Assembly: GCF_006345805.1 (NCBI RefSeq)
Contig: NC_043002.1
Location: 113,212,001-113,276,000, forward strand
Reading direction: 5' to 3'
Length of the DNA: 64,000 nucleotides
Source: Octopus sinensis
Taxonomy: Eukaryota
Shown: piece after piece, positions 12,830 to 26,054 of the stretch
How positions within the stretch are numbered: position 1 is the first letter of the stretch
Layout of the letters: the number at the start of each line of letters is the position of its first letter
Position numbers and translations under genes: made by a program
The notes under the pieces: model-generated
What the model saw: only the letters and a program-made list of their open reading frames with translations
Databases searched by the model: none
Told to the model about the DNA's origin: nothing

Positions 12830-12962
12830 GTATATATATATATATATACCCACACACACACTATATATATATATATATATAATATATATATATATAAATA
12901 TATATATATATATTCACACATGTATATACATACGCATTAAATATACGTTATATATTCGCATT

Positions 12963-13008
<46 letters not shown>

Positions 13009-13050
13009 GTGTGTGTGTGTGTGTGTGTGTGTGTGTGCATTATATGTGCA

Positions 13051-13388
13051 TGAAGGCACATGGCTCAGTGGTTAGAGCGTCGAGCTTACGATCGCGAGGT
13101 TGTGAATTCGAATCCCGAACCGAGCTGCGTGTTGTGTTCTTGAGCAAGACACTTTATTTCACGTTGCTCCAGTTCACTCAGTTCTAGAAATGAGTTGCGA
13201 CGTCACATGTGCCAAGCTGTATCGGCCCCTTTGCCTTTCCCTTGGATAACATTGGGGGCATGGAGAGGGGAGGCCGGTATGAATGGGCGAATGCTGGTCT
13301 TCCATAAGCAACCTTGCCCGGACTTGTGCCTGGGAGGGGAACTCTCTAGGTACAACTCCATGGTCAGTCATAACCGAAGAGGGTCTCA
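13051..13388 (+). mobile_element. SINE family D (tRNA head)
   Basis: tggctcagtggt and ttcgaatccc boxes; homologous to 52181-52523 and 55253-55595. Confidence 0.9.
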
Positions 13389-13427
13389 GTACATATATAT
13401 ATATATATATACATACATATATATATA

Positions 13428-13652
13428 GTGTGTGTTATTGAGCGAAAACACCTAACATCTCCACGAGGTTGTGGCAGGGGTGGTGGCGACCCTGTTGTTG
13501 TACTCTTTCGCCATAACTTTCTCTCGCTCTCTCTTCCTGTTTCTTGAGTAACGTGCGGATGGTCTGGGCGTCCCGTCCAGCTGGGGGGAACAAAATACGC
13601 CACAGAAAACCGGAAACGGGCCCATGAGCTTGGCTAGGCTTGAAAAGGGCGA
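13428..13652 (+). mobile_element. SINE family C body with tail variant c (5'-truncated)
   Basis: Shares ttattgagcgaaaacacc...aactttctctc with family C, then diverges into tacgccacagaaaccgg...gagcttggctagg. Confidence 0.7.
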
Positions 13653-14169
13653 GTTTTATCGCTTTATATATAAATATAGATATATACACTTTATATATAC
13701 ATACACGGCATTATATATAAATTATTATATATATATATATATATATAAAATAGTAAATAATCATATTATGTCGAAAATACAGTTATTATTAATCAGATAT
13801 TTATTTATTGTGTTAATATATATGTATATATATATACATGATTGTGCGATAATAATTCACCATTGTAAAAGCCCTGTGGCGGGATTATTTAAACTTCAAG
13901 AGAGTGAAATGTATTTTCGACACAATATGATTATTTACTATTTTATTCCTCTCCATTAAACACAGGTGGTCACCAGCTTTGTTTTTTTGTGTGTATGTAT
14001 GTATGTATGTATGTATGTATGTATGTATGTATGTATGTATGTATGTATGTATGTATGTATGTATGCATGTATTATGTATGCGTGTGTGTGTGTGTATGTA
14101 CGTATGCATATATGCATGAATTTATATATTTATGTATGTATATATTTATTTATGTATGAGACTGAGGAA

Positions 14170-14403
14170 GAAAGCGTCATAGCCGAAAGAGTGAAGCGAC
14201 AACCACTTGTCAAAAAGTCAATTTAAAGACGAGGAATTTTGCCCTAGCGGCCACGCCTTTCAATCGAGCAAACTTAAATTTGCCATGCATACTCACCAGC
14301 ACCTTCCCCATGGGTGTGCTAATTTTCAGCTCAAACCGGCCACTAACTCTTTTGCCTGCACTTGAGACAACGTCCGCCCTTTTCACAAATATATAATAGA
14401 AGA
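14170..14403 (-). mobile_element. Helitron-like 5' fragment
   Basis: Minus strand starts TC-ttctattatatatttgtgaaaa; homologous to 10666-10832; no 3' CTAG end seen. Confidence 0.35.
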
Positions 14404-16089
14404 TATATAAAACCTATCGCAAACACACACACATACATGCATACATACATATATACATACATACATACATACATACGTACGTACGTATGTACATACATAC
14501 ATACATACATACATACATACATACATACATACATACATACTACATACATACATACATACATACATGGTTATATATATTCACTTAAGCTGTAATGAAACAA
14601 ACTTCCATTCATTTTTCCTACTAGCTAAACCAGTTCAACGACAAGCGTAATGCGATTTGATAAACAAAGTGTAATTTCACGTGTTAAACCCGTGAGCTGC
14701 TAGTAATGTCAGCATTCAAACTATTCTACCGTTTCTCCTCACAAACAATCCAAAATTAAGTCGAATCTAACGAAATTTAACACTCATTTCAACTGTGAAT
14801 TTAACGTCATCTTCAGGATAAAAAAGTGGAAATGCTCTTGGGCAAATAACAATTCATTCGGTTAAAATTAATTGTCCATACATCTTTACTTCAAATCAGA
14901 GTTCAGAACTCGATCTTGCTATGCACATGAGTTTTCACAGTAGAATGGAAACAATTAAAATAATTAAGGTTGAATAGATTTTAAATACAACTGCAAATTA
15001 AAACCATGAGGTTGAGAGCAACGCTTTGCAACTACGTGGTTCCATGTTCGATCTTATTGTGTAGAACCTTAGGAAATTGTATTCTACCATGATCTATGTT
15101 GAGTAAAAGCCTTCTAATTGTAATTTACTAGGAACAAACACTGTGGATGCTTGTTGTATAATTAACTGCCTGTGTGTCTATGTGTGTATGTATATATATA
15201 TATATATATTGTTGTATTTCTTTTGTCATTTTCTTTTCTTCACTCGTTTATTTTTGTTTTAACTTATGTCCCTTGTCCGGAAAACGTTCATCACACATCT
15301 GTGACCTCTTCAGTGACACTTTTCGTTTCCGTGTGTGCTCTTGCTCCATTTACTCCATTCTGTTCTAAGTTATGTATCCTTATGTGCGCATGTGTTTGTG
15401 TCGTTGTCCTTGTGTGTGTTGTGTGTGTGTGTGTGTTATAGTTTTTAGCAGAAGTGTGGCCTTGCCCTCAATCCCATCCTCTCACTCTATTCCTCTGTGT
15501 GTGTCCGCCCACGGTATTGCCATCATTGTAGTTGTTATTATTTTATTGCCATCGTTAGCACCGCCACTGCTGCTGACCGTATTAGCCGTCCATGAAGTTC
15601 CATGTGTGTATGTTAGTTATGTTAGTGCGTTTGTGTGTGTATGGGTTCGCTTCGTATGTATCCATGCCCTTTATATAGTTTTATTTGTATATTTTATCTA
15701 TCTCTGTCTTACATTTATCACAGGTATGTGGCAGATATATTTATATATATATTTATCTATTGATTATTTATACATATATATATTTATTTACTTTTTTACA
15801 CATCTATCTCTATTTCTCATAAGTATCACAGTTGAGTGCATATATGTCTATTGTGTGTGTATAACCCTGTATGTTTCTGTGTATTATTTACGGGTTCTTT
15901 TTTCCCTTTCCCTCTCTCTTCACATCCCTTCTGTTTTTAGTCATATGCTGTGGTGGTGGGCGTTACTGATCGATTCATGTTTTCTACTGAGGCTCGCTCT
16001 GTTTACTGTTATGTGTGTGGCTTCTGTAATCTATCTAAATGTCATGTCAGTTTTATGTGTCGATAGTACTTTAACCTCTATGCTATTAA

Positions 16090-16540
16090 TCGAGTCTCCA
16101 TATTCTGCTTGAGCATGTTAGAGCACTGACGAGCTCTCGCCAATGTTCACCTATACGCTTTCCTATGCTGCGTGCAGTCTCTCCTTTGTAGGTAGTTGTC
16201 ATGTTTCTGCACCGTCCCTCAGTACATCGTAAGCTATACACTACATTCCTAACCTTACAGTTAACCTGTTGTTTCATCCTACATACAACACAATTGTACT
16301 CCGTACAGGGGGACTTGTCAAAGGGGTAGGTATTGCAGTTCAGAGATTTTAAAGGAGCACCAGGCCATTCTACTACTTTAATGTTTTTCTAAAAAGGTAT
16401 GCTAGTTCGCCGCAAGGGGTAGCATCAACGAGCATGACACTCTGGTAATTTTTGTTGGCGTTATGTATCTTATGTATCCTGTTCCAGGATTTACTCCTGT
16501 ATAGCGGGCAGATCCCCTTAGCATCACTCTTTATGATGGT
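16090..16540 (-). pseudogene. Penelope-like element: linker plus GIY-YIG endonuclease remnant
   Basis: Minus frames read PLYRSKSWNR...SVMLVDATPCGELA (frameshift) KVVEWPGAPLKSL...YPF...C..C..C...NCKVRNVVYSLRC...C...YKGETARSIGKRIGEH; VY..C/YxGET/R..EH pattern of PLE GIY-YIG. Confidence 0.85.
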
Positions 16541-16688
16541 GTTCAATTAAATAATAATACTAACAACCTGGTGTTACAACTCAATATACATATGCCCCAG
16601 AAAAAAGCGTTAGTCGACTACAGAGCTGGATAAGTAATGAAATAAATCACAAGGTAACAAGAAAATAAATTGTGTAATGAACTTCATT

Positions 16689-16769
16689 AGCTTACAGCTG
16701 TTTCTGCTATAAAATACAATGCACTTATAATTGAGCACATATGCGTCACCTTATAGCTTTGTCAGAGCT
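16689..16769 (-). ncRNA. Decayed hammerhead motif (core CUGACAA)
   Basis: agct CTGACAA a gctataa ... ttatagc a GAAAC AGCT GTA agct; stems I, II and III all pair. Confidence 0.5.
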
Positions 16770-17120
16770 TCAAAAGGGAAATGCACTCTGCCGTAGCTGA
16801 GGATTCATTACCACTCAGTTTTAACTGCAGTGTATCATTAAGAAGAAACCGCAGTTAGCTAATGCGCTTCTTTAAATAATCCTGGTTTCCTTGTTGTTTT
16901 TATTCTGCACACAACAAAGCGAAGCGTTACCACAACCATGGAATCGATGCGGTCGAATTGAAATTATATCACGAAGGGTTTAGTCGAACGAATCGCCAGG
17001 AGTACTTATATTTTAAGACTTGCTCTTTTTCTATCGGTTCCTTTTGCGAAACCGGTAATTTAGCGGGGATGCAAACAAACTTACACCCAAGTAGTGATGA
17101 GAATAGCCATAAATGTAAAG

Positions 17121-17173
<53 letters not shown>

Positions 17174-17174
<1 letters not shown>

Positions 17175-17467
17175 CACGTGATCACGTGACCGACCAGACC
17201 ATCAGATGTTGTTACACATCGCTGGTCACAATGCGTTCGCATTGTTTTAGCCTTCGAATGACGCCACCCCGCTGGCTAAGCGAGCAGGCCAACAGTAGAA
17301 AGTTGTGGTGAAAGAGTTCAGCAGGGATCACCCCCCACTACCGGAGCCTCGTGAAGCTTTTAGGTGTTTTCGCTCAATAAACACTCACAACGCCCGGTCT
17401 AGGAATCGAAACCGCGATCCTGTGACCGCGAGTCCGCTGCCCTAACCACTAGGCCATTGCGCCTCCA
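17174..17467 (-). mobile_element. SINE family C head/body with tail variant d, between (TA)n tracts
   Basis: Family C head at 17467, tail ending ggtcacgtgatcacgtga(ta)n. Confidence 0.82.
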
Positions 17468-18636
17468 TATATATATATATATATCAAATCCGCGCACAAG
17501 GCTTTGTCGGCCAGTGGCTATAATGGAAGACACTTGCCAAAGATGTCATGCAGTGGGACTGAACCCGCGACCTTATAATTAGGAAGCAAACTTCTTACTA
17601 CGCAGCCACCCGGTGTTTTAGTTTAGAAAATGACAAATTAACTCAATTGTTCTCGGAGTGTAACCAAGAGACTACAAAATGTTCACAATAAGTTCGCTGT
17701 ATATGAAGACATACTTTATAATGGAAGAGTTCAGAGCGAGGTTTCAATGCTTTTAGGTAAATGCGTGCCAAATGGAGGCTTGCAAAACATGAAGTAGAAA
17801 TTCTGTGACTATCGTTGACAGTTTATAAAACTTGAATGGAAAGCTATTGATTCTGTAATGCCAAGAAGTAGTGAAGCACAAACGTTGTTTTCCATTGTTA
17901 ATACTTAATATATTTTGTGCTGAGAATTCTGTTATATGTACTGTTTCTTGATTTGAAATTTGTTAGCTATGAATGAATGTTTGTTAGCTAACGAATTCTA
18001 GAACCTGTTGTCTCTGTCATCTCACTAACTCTTTTATGCTGTTATCTAGTAATTCAACTTAGTATTTGGCTGGAATTTTTTTCAATTGGTCACATTATAC
18101 CACTTTCCTGAAGAAAAGTAATGCCATTTACTTCGTCTACCTCGCTGCATTGCAGTAAATGAGAATATCACGTACATCAAATTGGGAATCTCTGAATTTT
18201 CAGAATTTATTAGAAGCGATACTTTAATTTTGGTCAACGTAGGCGTGGTTTAAGCGATGAACACCACAGTAACTAATAAGACTAATGCTTTGGTTATTTT
18301 GTTTTTGTTTTATACTGTAGCCAAGAACAAGAATGGTTGAAGAAGCAATTACCAGTTTAAAAATTGAAACTTGATTCAAGATGTTTTTATTTGATATTTT
18401 CAAATGCTCGTTCTCTTCAGGATGATCTGGGTCGCTTTTCGGTTCCATAACTCTACATCCATCCAATTCCCGTCCTTCATTTGACCATGTATCGAAGGAA
18501 TTTAGACATGTGTTTGCAGTGTATTAATGAAGAACGTTTTCTTGACCCATTCCCTTCCGGTCATTTCAATATGTGACCGCGTGTGTATCGTTGGCGATTT
18601 TCCTTCTCCGACATCCCCTCCTTAGACTTTTTCTAT

Positions 18637-18671
18637 ATTTCTGATGAAGAGCTCCGCTCGAAACGTGAAAT
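18637..18671 (+). ncRNA. Minimal hammerhead motif, G at the cleavage position
   Basis: attt CTGATGA a gagc tcc gctc GAAAC GTG aaat. Confidence 0.55.
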
Positions 18672-18769
18672 CCTCCGCCTTTTCTTTCCTTCCCTGAGCG
18701 TCCAATAACGCAGTACTTGTTCCATGTCCTCGTGTTGTTGTTTTTTCTTGCTTGTTCATGTTTGGATTT

Positions 18770-18806
<37 letters not shown>

Positions 18807-19129
18807 TGGGGGGAAATAAATATTCGTAGATGTCAAAATTCTTTATTTATTTAATTTCTAATGAACATGAATGGGATATACCAATACTATATTTGCATAC
18901 ACATGCATAAACTAAGAATATGCAAAAGAAACTAATAAATTATAGTAACTAAGGAATTTATATTCGATTATAAATATTTAGCTGTGAAAAATGTATTCGT
19001 ACAGAATAAATTTATGATTTTCTATGTCACAAAATACTGTTCAAATTTTTTTTTTACTAGAACTTTCTCGTTTGTTCCAATAATCTTATCAGTTGTCATT
19101 TTTAAGTGTCAAAACACTAGCTTCTTCAT

Positions 19130-19860
19130 TCATATATTTTCCGACCACATGTAAGATACCTTTGAGTAACCACCTAGCAACATGTGGTCGGAAAATATAT
19201 ACAATATTTCCATTCTACAAATTACACAGCCCAAGTGAAATCGAGAGGAAAATCAGAGAAAAGAATTTTATTGATAAATTCGAACCCAAGCTAAATAAGC
19301 AATAATAATAATACTTAGAGGTACTACTTCTACTGCTACGACCATGACCACTAACAAACAACAACAATACTAAAGGTGATCAAGATGAAGGTTTAGCAGG
19401 AAAATTATCTTATTTAGGGTTAAAAAGTTCTATTGCCACCACCATCACCACTAGCAACAATAATTAAGGTGCTGGCAATGATGATGATGATGACAATTGA
19501 AATATAAAAATCCTGACAAAGGGCTATTTACAACATTTCTAAAAACCAGCCCAACAATTGCTGCCTCGGCCAGGGTTAAGATACAGAACTCTTGACATGT
19601 TCAACCAAAGCGTGACGCGCTAAACCAACCAATCAGCTTAAGTAAATGAGTGATGCTACACACTGATTTGTCAGAATACAGTTTGCAAACCCTAGCAATC
19701 TGGAGCCCACACAGCCCTATTTAAGGCACAGATTTAACCATCTCACTACAGTAAAAAATCGTGAAGCAAGACTGTGACCACTACTACATGAACCTGAAGA
19801 TTGCATAATTTAATGCATGAAAGTACTAGTTCAATCAGAATGAACATTTAACACATTCTT
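19130..19860 (+). mobile_element. Penelope-like element 3' end (GIY-YIG C-terminus plus pseudo-LTR)
   Basis: IPLSNHLATCGRKIYTIFPFYKLHSPSEIERKIREKNFIDKFEPKLN* matches the RE..FI.K..P.LN terminus of PLE GIY-YIG; downstream CCAAT, TATA-like box and HHR. Confidence 0.8.
19789..19833 (+). ncRNA. Minimal type-I hammerhead ribozyme, conserved core intact
   Basis: tgaac CTGAAGA t tgcat aattta atgca t GAAA gt ac TA gttca: 5-bp stem I, 5-bp stem II, palindromic AGTACT stem III, CUA triplet. Confidence 0.72.
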
Positions 19861-20052
19861 TTATTTTATTATATTATTAATTCTATTACTTATATTATAT
19901 CATTATAAGATTGTAAATAAAACGTGAAAATCAGACAAGGTTGGAATTCCTTTTATTAATATATTCTTCTATACACAATCACACACACCCATATATATAT
20001 CTATGTATATATATATGTGTGTGTGTGTGTATACATACATATACATACATGC

Positions 20053-20084
<32 letters not shown>

Positions 20085-20357
20085 CTATGTGTATACATAC
20101 ATACATATACATACATGCATATATATATATATAAACATACATATATTTATATACATACACACACACATATTTATATGTGTGTGTATCTGTATGTATATGT
20201 GTACATATATATATATAAATATATATATATACATATAATTCCAAAGGGAATCTAGTCTAATAGCTATACACAACCACACCTGTGGGTATGTGTATACCTA
20301 TGTATATATGCATGGATGTATGTATGTAGGTACGCATGTATGTATGTTTGTATGTGC

Positions 20358-20404
<47 letters not shown>

Positions 20405-20845
20405 TATGCATGTATGCATAAATGTATATATATATATATGTATGTATGTGCGAAATGGATCTCCGTCGTTTAGAAGATGAATATTCCAGTTCTTCGATTG
20501 ATTAGCTACTCGATGGAATTGCCTCAGAAAATCACATGTATTCACTTAATGTAATCCTCAGCTAGAATCAATTTGACATCGTGTGCAAAGTAGATGGTCC
20601 TTGTACAATCTGTGCAGGGTGGCGTAAAACAAATATTGAAATATCCTACGTGGATAAATTTTATAATTTTGAACCAAGGGACATAACTTACTCTATTGGT
20701 GACAACAGTTATTTCCCTTTAATATCATTTCATCTGCTTCTTTAATATATGTTTAGTTTAAATCAATATTTCCTAACCTTTTGACTAACTAGAACACTTT
20801 TTATTTAAAGGAGTTTCCCCACGCCCACCTTTTAATATGCTTATC

Positions 20846-20915
<70 letters not shown>

Positions 20916-21144
20916 TAAGGATTTGTATGATTGTGTATAGAGGGATATATATTATTCAAAGGAATTCCAACTCTAGTATATACAGTATATATATACTATT
21001 TATACTATATATTGTATATTCTACATTAATATTATGAAGAATATAAATAAATCATAAAAAACAGAGTTGGAATTTCTTTGAATAATATATATCCCTCTAT
21101 ACGCAATCATACAAACCCTTTTTTATATATATATATATATATAT

Positions 21145-21309
21145 AAGAGTAGCTGTGTGGTTAGTAGCTTGCTTACCAACCACATCGTTCCGGGTTCAGT
21201 CCCACTGTGTGGCACCTTGGGCAAGTGTGTTCAACTATAGCCTTGGGTCGACCAATGCCTTGTGAGTGGATTTGGTAGACGGAAACTGAAAGAAGTCCGT
21301 TATATATGT

Positions 21310-21372
<63 letters not shown>

Positions 21373-21637
21373 CGCGTGCGTGGGTTGTGTGTGTGGTGTG
21401 TGTGTGTTGTGTGTGTGTGTGTGTGTTGTGGTGTGTGTTTGTCCCCCTCCTCCAGCATCGCTCGACAACCGATGCTGGTGTGTTTACGTCCCCGTAACTT
21501 AGCGGTTCAGCAAAACAGACCGATAGAATAAGTACTAGGCTTAGAAAGAATAAGTTCTGGGGTCGATTTGCACGACTAAAGGCGGTGCTCCAGCATGGTC
21601 GCAGTCAAATGACTCAAACAAGTAAAAGAGTAAAAGA
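21145..21637 (+). mobile_element. SINE family A with expanded internal (GT)n
   Basis: Homology to the other family A copies. Confidence 0.9.
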
Positions 21638-21669
21638 TATATATATATATATATATATGAAATTTTGAA

Positions 21670-21702
21670 TGTAGTTCACGGACCACAGGTTGGGAACCCC
21701 TG
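21670..21702 (-). mobile_element. hAT/Charlie-type terminal fragment
   Basis: Minus strand caggggttcccaacctgtggtccg resembles hAT-Charlie MITE termini; partner end not found. Confidence 0.35.
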
Positions 21703-22172
21703 GTCTAAACTGTAACTGCGTTCGTTCAGTAATAACAGGCAGAAATAATGAGTTATGACGGCTGACGTCTTGAAAAAGAAATGGGAGACTATAATAGGGA
21801 GAGAATTTGAAAATTAATAGCATTTAAGAAGCAAATTACATGATTTTATATACAGGCATAGACGAGGCTGTGTAGTGAGAAGTTTGCTTCCCAACTACAA
21901 GCTTCCGGCAAAGGCCCGGGAACAGGAGTGTCGGTGGTGCGCTTACACCCCTAAAATTTTGGAGGGGTGCAAAATCAAAATTTACACCCCCTACATACAT
22001 TGCCAGATTTAGAAAACAATGTCTAAAAATTAAAAAGTTGAAAATGCTTACTGATGAAGCTGTTCATAAAATTACCAAGGGAATTCTCAAGAAAAATATG
22101 CTAAGGAAATGAAGCACCGTCAACAGCAAAATTAAAAGTATATACAGACAGCAGTGGCAACAGCAACGACAA

Positions 22173-22545
22173 TGGGGGCGCAATGGCCCAGTGGTTAGGG
22201 CAGCAGACTCGCGGTCGGAGGATCGCGGTTTCGATTCCCAGACCGGGCGTTGTGTGTGTTTATTGAGCGAAAACACCTAAAGCTCCACGAGGCTCCGGCA
22301 GGGGATGGTGGTGATCCCTGCTGTACTCTTTCACTACAACTTTCTCTCACTCTTTCTTCCTCTTTCTTGTCCCCCGACTTTCTACGCAACCGCTGAGCCT
22401 GGATGCGCATTCATTCATCCGTCGATGCTCTCGGTGTCGGGGGTTGACCTGCTTTCTCTTCTGCGGGTTCTTACAAATAGCAAAGGACCACGATTCGGAC
22501 TTCTCCCATCTTGCGAGCTCTGGGATGAAGACCGTTCACTAAACA
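22173..22545 (+). mobile_element. SINE family C head/body with tail variant b
   Basis: Family C head and body to ~22357, then an unrelated tail ending in a CAG/CAA-rich tract. Confidence 0.82.
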
Positions 22546-22927
22546 GCAACAGCAGCAGCGACAACATGACCAGCAGTACGGCCACTCTTCAAAACTAGAA
22601 CCATTGATGCCCTATTAAACACCACAATGAAAAACCCTTCACTGTCCAGCAATCCACGTTCTTCATTTTCCCTGAAAAAACAACTGACCCATCATCAGCA
22701 TTATCATTGCAGGGTCGTCTACAGACTAAAATATTAGATGAAGCAAAGACAAACGAAACCAACTTAGCAATTACAAACAGTTCTATGCATTGTCCCAATG
22801 ATGGGAAGGGGAGGGTATGTTAGAAAGGCATATATCTGTTCTTGAAGATCTGATTTAGTATTACGGAGATGTACTTGCATAGCAAGTGATTTGATCTGAG
22901 ATCGTGTGCTGGAACGAAAACAATTGG

Positions 22928-23135
22928 AGCGTGGAAGGTGTTGTAAGCCATTAAGAAACACAAAAGCCGTTCGATTCACTTCAAATTTAAGTTTAATTTG
23001 TCAAAATATTTTTGTCAGTGAACAGGTCGCGGTCTTAAAGCGACGAAAATATTTTGATAAATTAAACTTAAATGTTGAAGTGAATCGAACGGCTTTTGTG
23101 TGTTTCTTAAATGGCTTACAAACACCTTCCACGCT
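22928..23135. repeat. Inverted repeat with ~90-bp arms and 25-nt loop
   Basis: 22928-23016 pairs with 23042-23135 with a few indels. Confidence 0.85.
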
Positions 23136-23540
23136 ATGATTTAGTATATTATACAGTAAAGGTTCTCAACTTTTGACCCTTGGAGTTACAAACGGTCCCC
23201 GCTACAAAATATTTTTATTTTGATATCAGCAGATGATGATTAAAAAATAAAGGCCGTAGTTTTACATAAAGCGCTTGTACGCAATCGGTTGTACAAATGT
23301 ACAAATTGAAATGCAAAGAAACGAAATAGTAAATGGTCTTATGAATGAAAGTTTGGTAATTGCGTTTATTTCCATCACATGACACTTATGAGATCAACGT
23401 GTTGTCTATCGAAAGTAGTACAGTGGATCAAGAAAGAAACATCACGAATTCTGGTGTTTGTAGTAGTTACCTCCATCGTTTGGATAATTCAGCTTGGGAT
23501 AATTCAGCCGAAAAAGAACGACAACGCATTAGCCGGACAG

Positions 23541-24035
<495 letters not shown>

Positions 24036-24401
24036 CAAGTACGCGCGCGCGCACTCGCATACACACACATATTCTGCATACACGCCTCTGTGTGTGTGGC
24101 GGTGTGGTAGGTAAGAAATGACTCTCCGTCGATTTAGACGCTTTGTTTTGCAGCTTCTCGACCAACCGAACAACTAATTCGTGCCAATTCGTTGTCGTTC
24201 GCTGAGTTTACCACGGACACGTGTATTCAATGCAGAATCTTTATGCAGAATCAGCGTGACACAGTGTAATGACAACGATGACTCTTTCAATCACCTGTAC
24301 TGTCCCACCTAAGGTCCATCTCCACAGTATATGTGAACAATCTCAGTGTCGAGCTGCGAGGTTTCAATGAGGTCTCAATACATGCATTTGGTAGAGTAGT
24401 T

Positions 24402-24825
24402 ATACTCTTTTACTCTTTTACTTGTTTCAGTCATTTGACTGCGGCCATGCTGGAGCACCGCCTTTTTAATCGAGCAACTCGACCCCGGGACTTATTCTTT
24501 TGTAAGCCCAGTACTTATTCTATCAGTCTCTTTTGCCGAACCGCTAAGTAACGGGTACATAAACACACCAGCATCGGTTGTCAAGCAATGCTAGCGGGAC
24601 ACACACAGACACGTAAACACACACACGCATATATATATATATATATATATACATATATACGACGGGCTTCTTTTCAGTTTCCATCTACCAAATCCACTCA
24701 CAAAGCTTTGGTCGGCCCGAGGCTATAGCAGAAGACACTTGCCCAAGATGCCACACAGTGGGACTGAACCCGGAATCATGTGGTTGGTAAACAAGCTACT
24801 TACCACATAGCCACTCCTGCGCCTA
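24402..24825 (-). mobile_element. Full-length SINE family A
   Basis: Homology to family A. Confidence 0.92.
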
Positions 24826-24899
24826 TTTTTTTTTTTTTTTTATTTTATTTTATCTAGTTTCAGCTCACGAGCTGTGGCCATGCTGGGGCACCGCCATTA

Positions 24900-25245
24900 G
24901 GTGTTGCTACATGATTTTACTTCACGAATGCTTTTTAGCAATTGCCATTTGATGCATGAGAGAGTTCGATGCAGCTGCCCTCATCTGCACCTCCTGCCGT
25001 GAAGTTGGTTCATCTGGGACACCCGACAGGAAGAGATCCAGTTTCATTTTAAAGACATCTGCATCCACCCCATGCAGGTCTCTCAGGTTCTTCGGGAGGA
25101 TATTGAAGAGCTGTGGGTCTCGGAAGCCCAGGCTATCACAGTATCTTGTCCTACATCTTGATGGCAAAGTTGGAGTTCTTGGCACCACGCAGTGGCGCCC
25201 AGTTCTGGCATTTGTGTAACTCTTGATGCCAAATGTATTTTTCCT
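24900..25245 (-). pseudogene. CR1/L2-group LINE ORF2 C-terminus
   Basis: GRHCVVPR...SLGFRDPQLFNILPKNLRDL...FKMKLDLFLSGVPDEP...RAAASNSL resembles the post-RT tail of CR1/L2-group ORF2. Confidence 0.78.
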
Positions 25246-25419
25246 TTTTTTTTGTTGTTGTTGAAGACCCGGTGGAGTTGTCCTGCATTTCACTGTTCCA
25301 ATAACGAGAAGAATTGAACTCAATAGTAGCTACTTGCTATTTGCTATTTGCTATTTGCTATCACCATTAGCAAATCCACGTGTTGTCACAGCTTTCAAAT
25401 CCATTTATATCGCTGACAG

Positions 25420-25585
25420 ATTATTCTGTCCATCCTTACGTTCGAGTTCAAATTCCGTCGAGATTGACTTTGCACTTCGTCTTTTCGGTGTTGATAAAAT
25501 AAGTATCAGTTGAGCACTGGTGTCCATGTAATCGATTTGCCCCTCACACAAAATTCCAGATCTCGTGCCAATATTAGAGGGGATT
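25420..25585 (-). mobile_element. SINE family B, diverged partial
   Basis: gagttcaaattccgtcgagattgactttgcacttcgtc matches the family B body. Confidence 0.65.
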
Positions 25586-25675
25586 TTTAAAATGTGAAAT
25601 AAAGAAACATAACTTTTAATTTTTATGGCAAAAGTTGGCTCCCTTAGATAATGCACTAAGATTATTATTTATTAG

Positions 25676-26040
25676 TCTCTTTACTCTTTACTCTTTTAAT
25701 TGTTTCAGTCATTTGACTGCGGCCATGCTGGAGCACCGCCTTTAATCGAGCAACTCGACCAGTTATTCTTTTGTAAGCCCAGTACTTATTCTATCGGTCT
25801 CTTGTGCCGAACCGCTAAGTAACGGGGACATAAACACACCAGGGAACAAACACAGACACACAAACACACATGCATATATACGACGGGCTTCTTTCAGTTT
25901 CCGTCTACCAAATCCACTCACAAGGCTTTTGTCGGCCCGAGGCTATAGTAGAAGAAACTTGCCCAAGATGCTACGCAGTGGGACTGAACCCGGAACCATG
26001 TGGTTGGTAAACAAGCTACTTACCACACAGCCACTCCTGC
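25676..26040 (-). mobile_element. SINE family A
   Basis: Homology to family A. Confidence 0.9.
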
Positions 26041-26054
26041 GTCATTTAATTAGT

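Noticed and set aside
15271-15320. CTGAAGA - gtcac/gtgat stem - GAACGTT on the minus strand, downstream of the Penelope remnant
   Set aside because: GAAA lacks one A and stem I does not pair; at best a broken remnant.
15372-16112. 246-aa ORF, the longest in the track
   Set aside because: Low-complexity, GT/AT-rich sequence antisense to a Penelope 3' region; long only because stop codons are scarce on this strand.
18224-18466. 80-aa minus ORF and nearby plus-strand acceptor-like sites (18320, 18420)
   Set aside because: All frames after the acceptors close within about 20 codons and no domain is recognisable.
23014-23052. gtcgc/gcgac stem followed by GAAA in the loop of the 22928 foldback
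   Set aside because: No CUGANGA precedes the stem.
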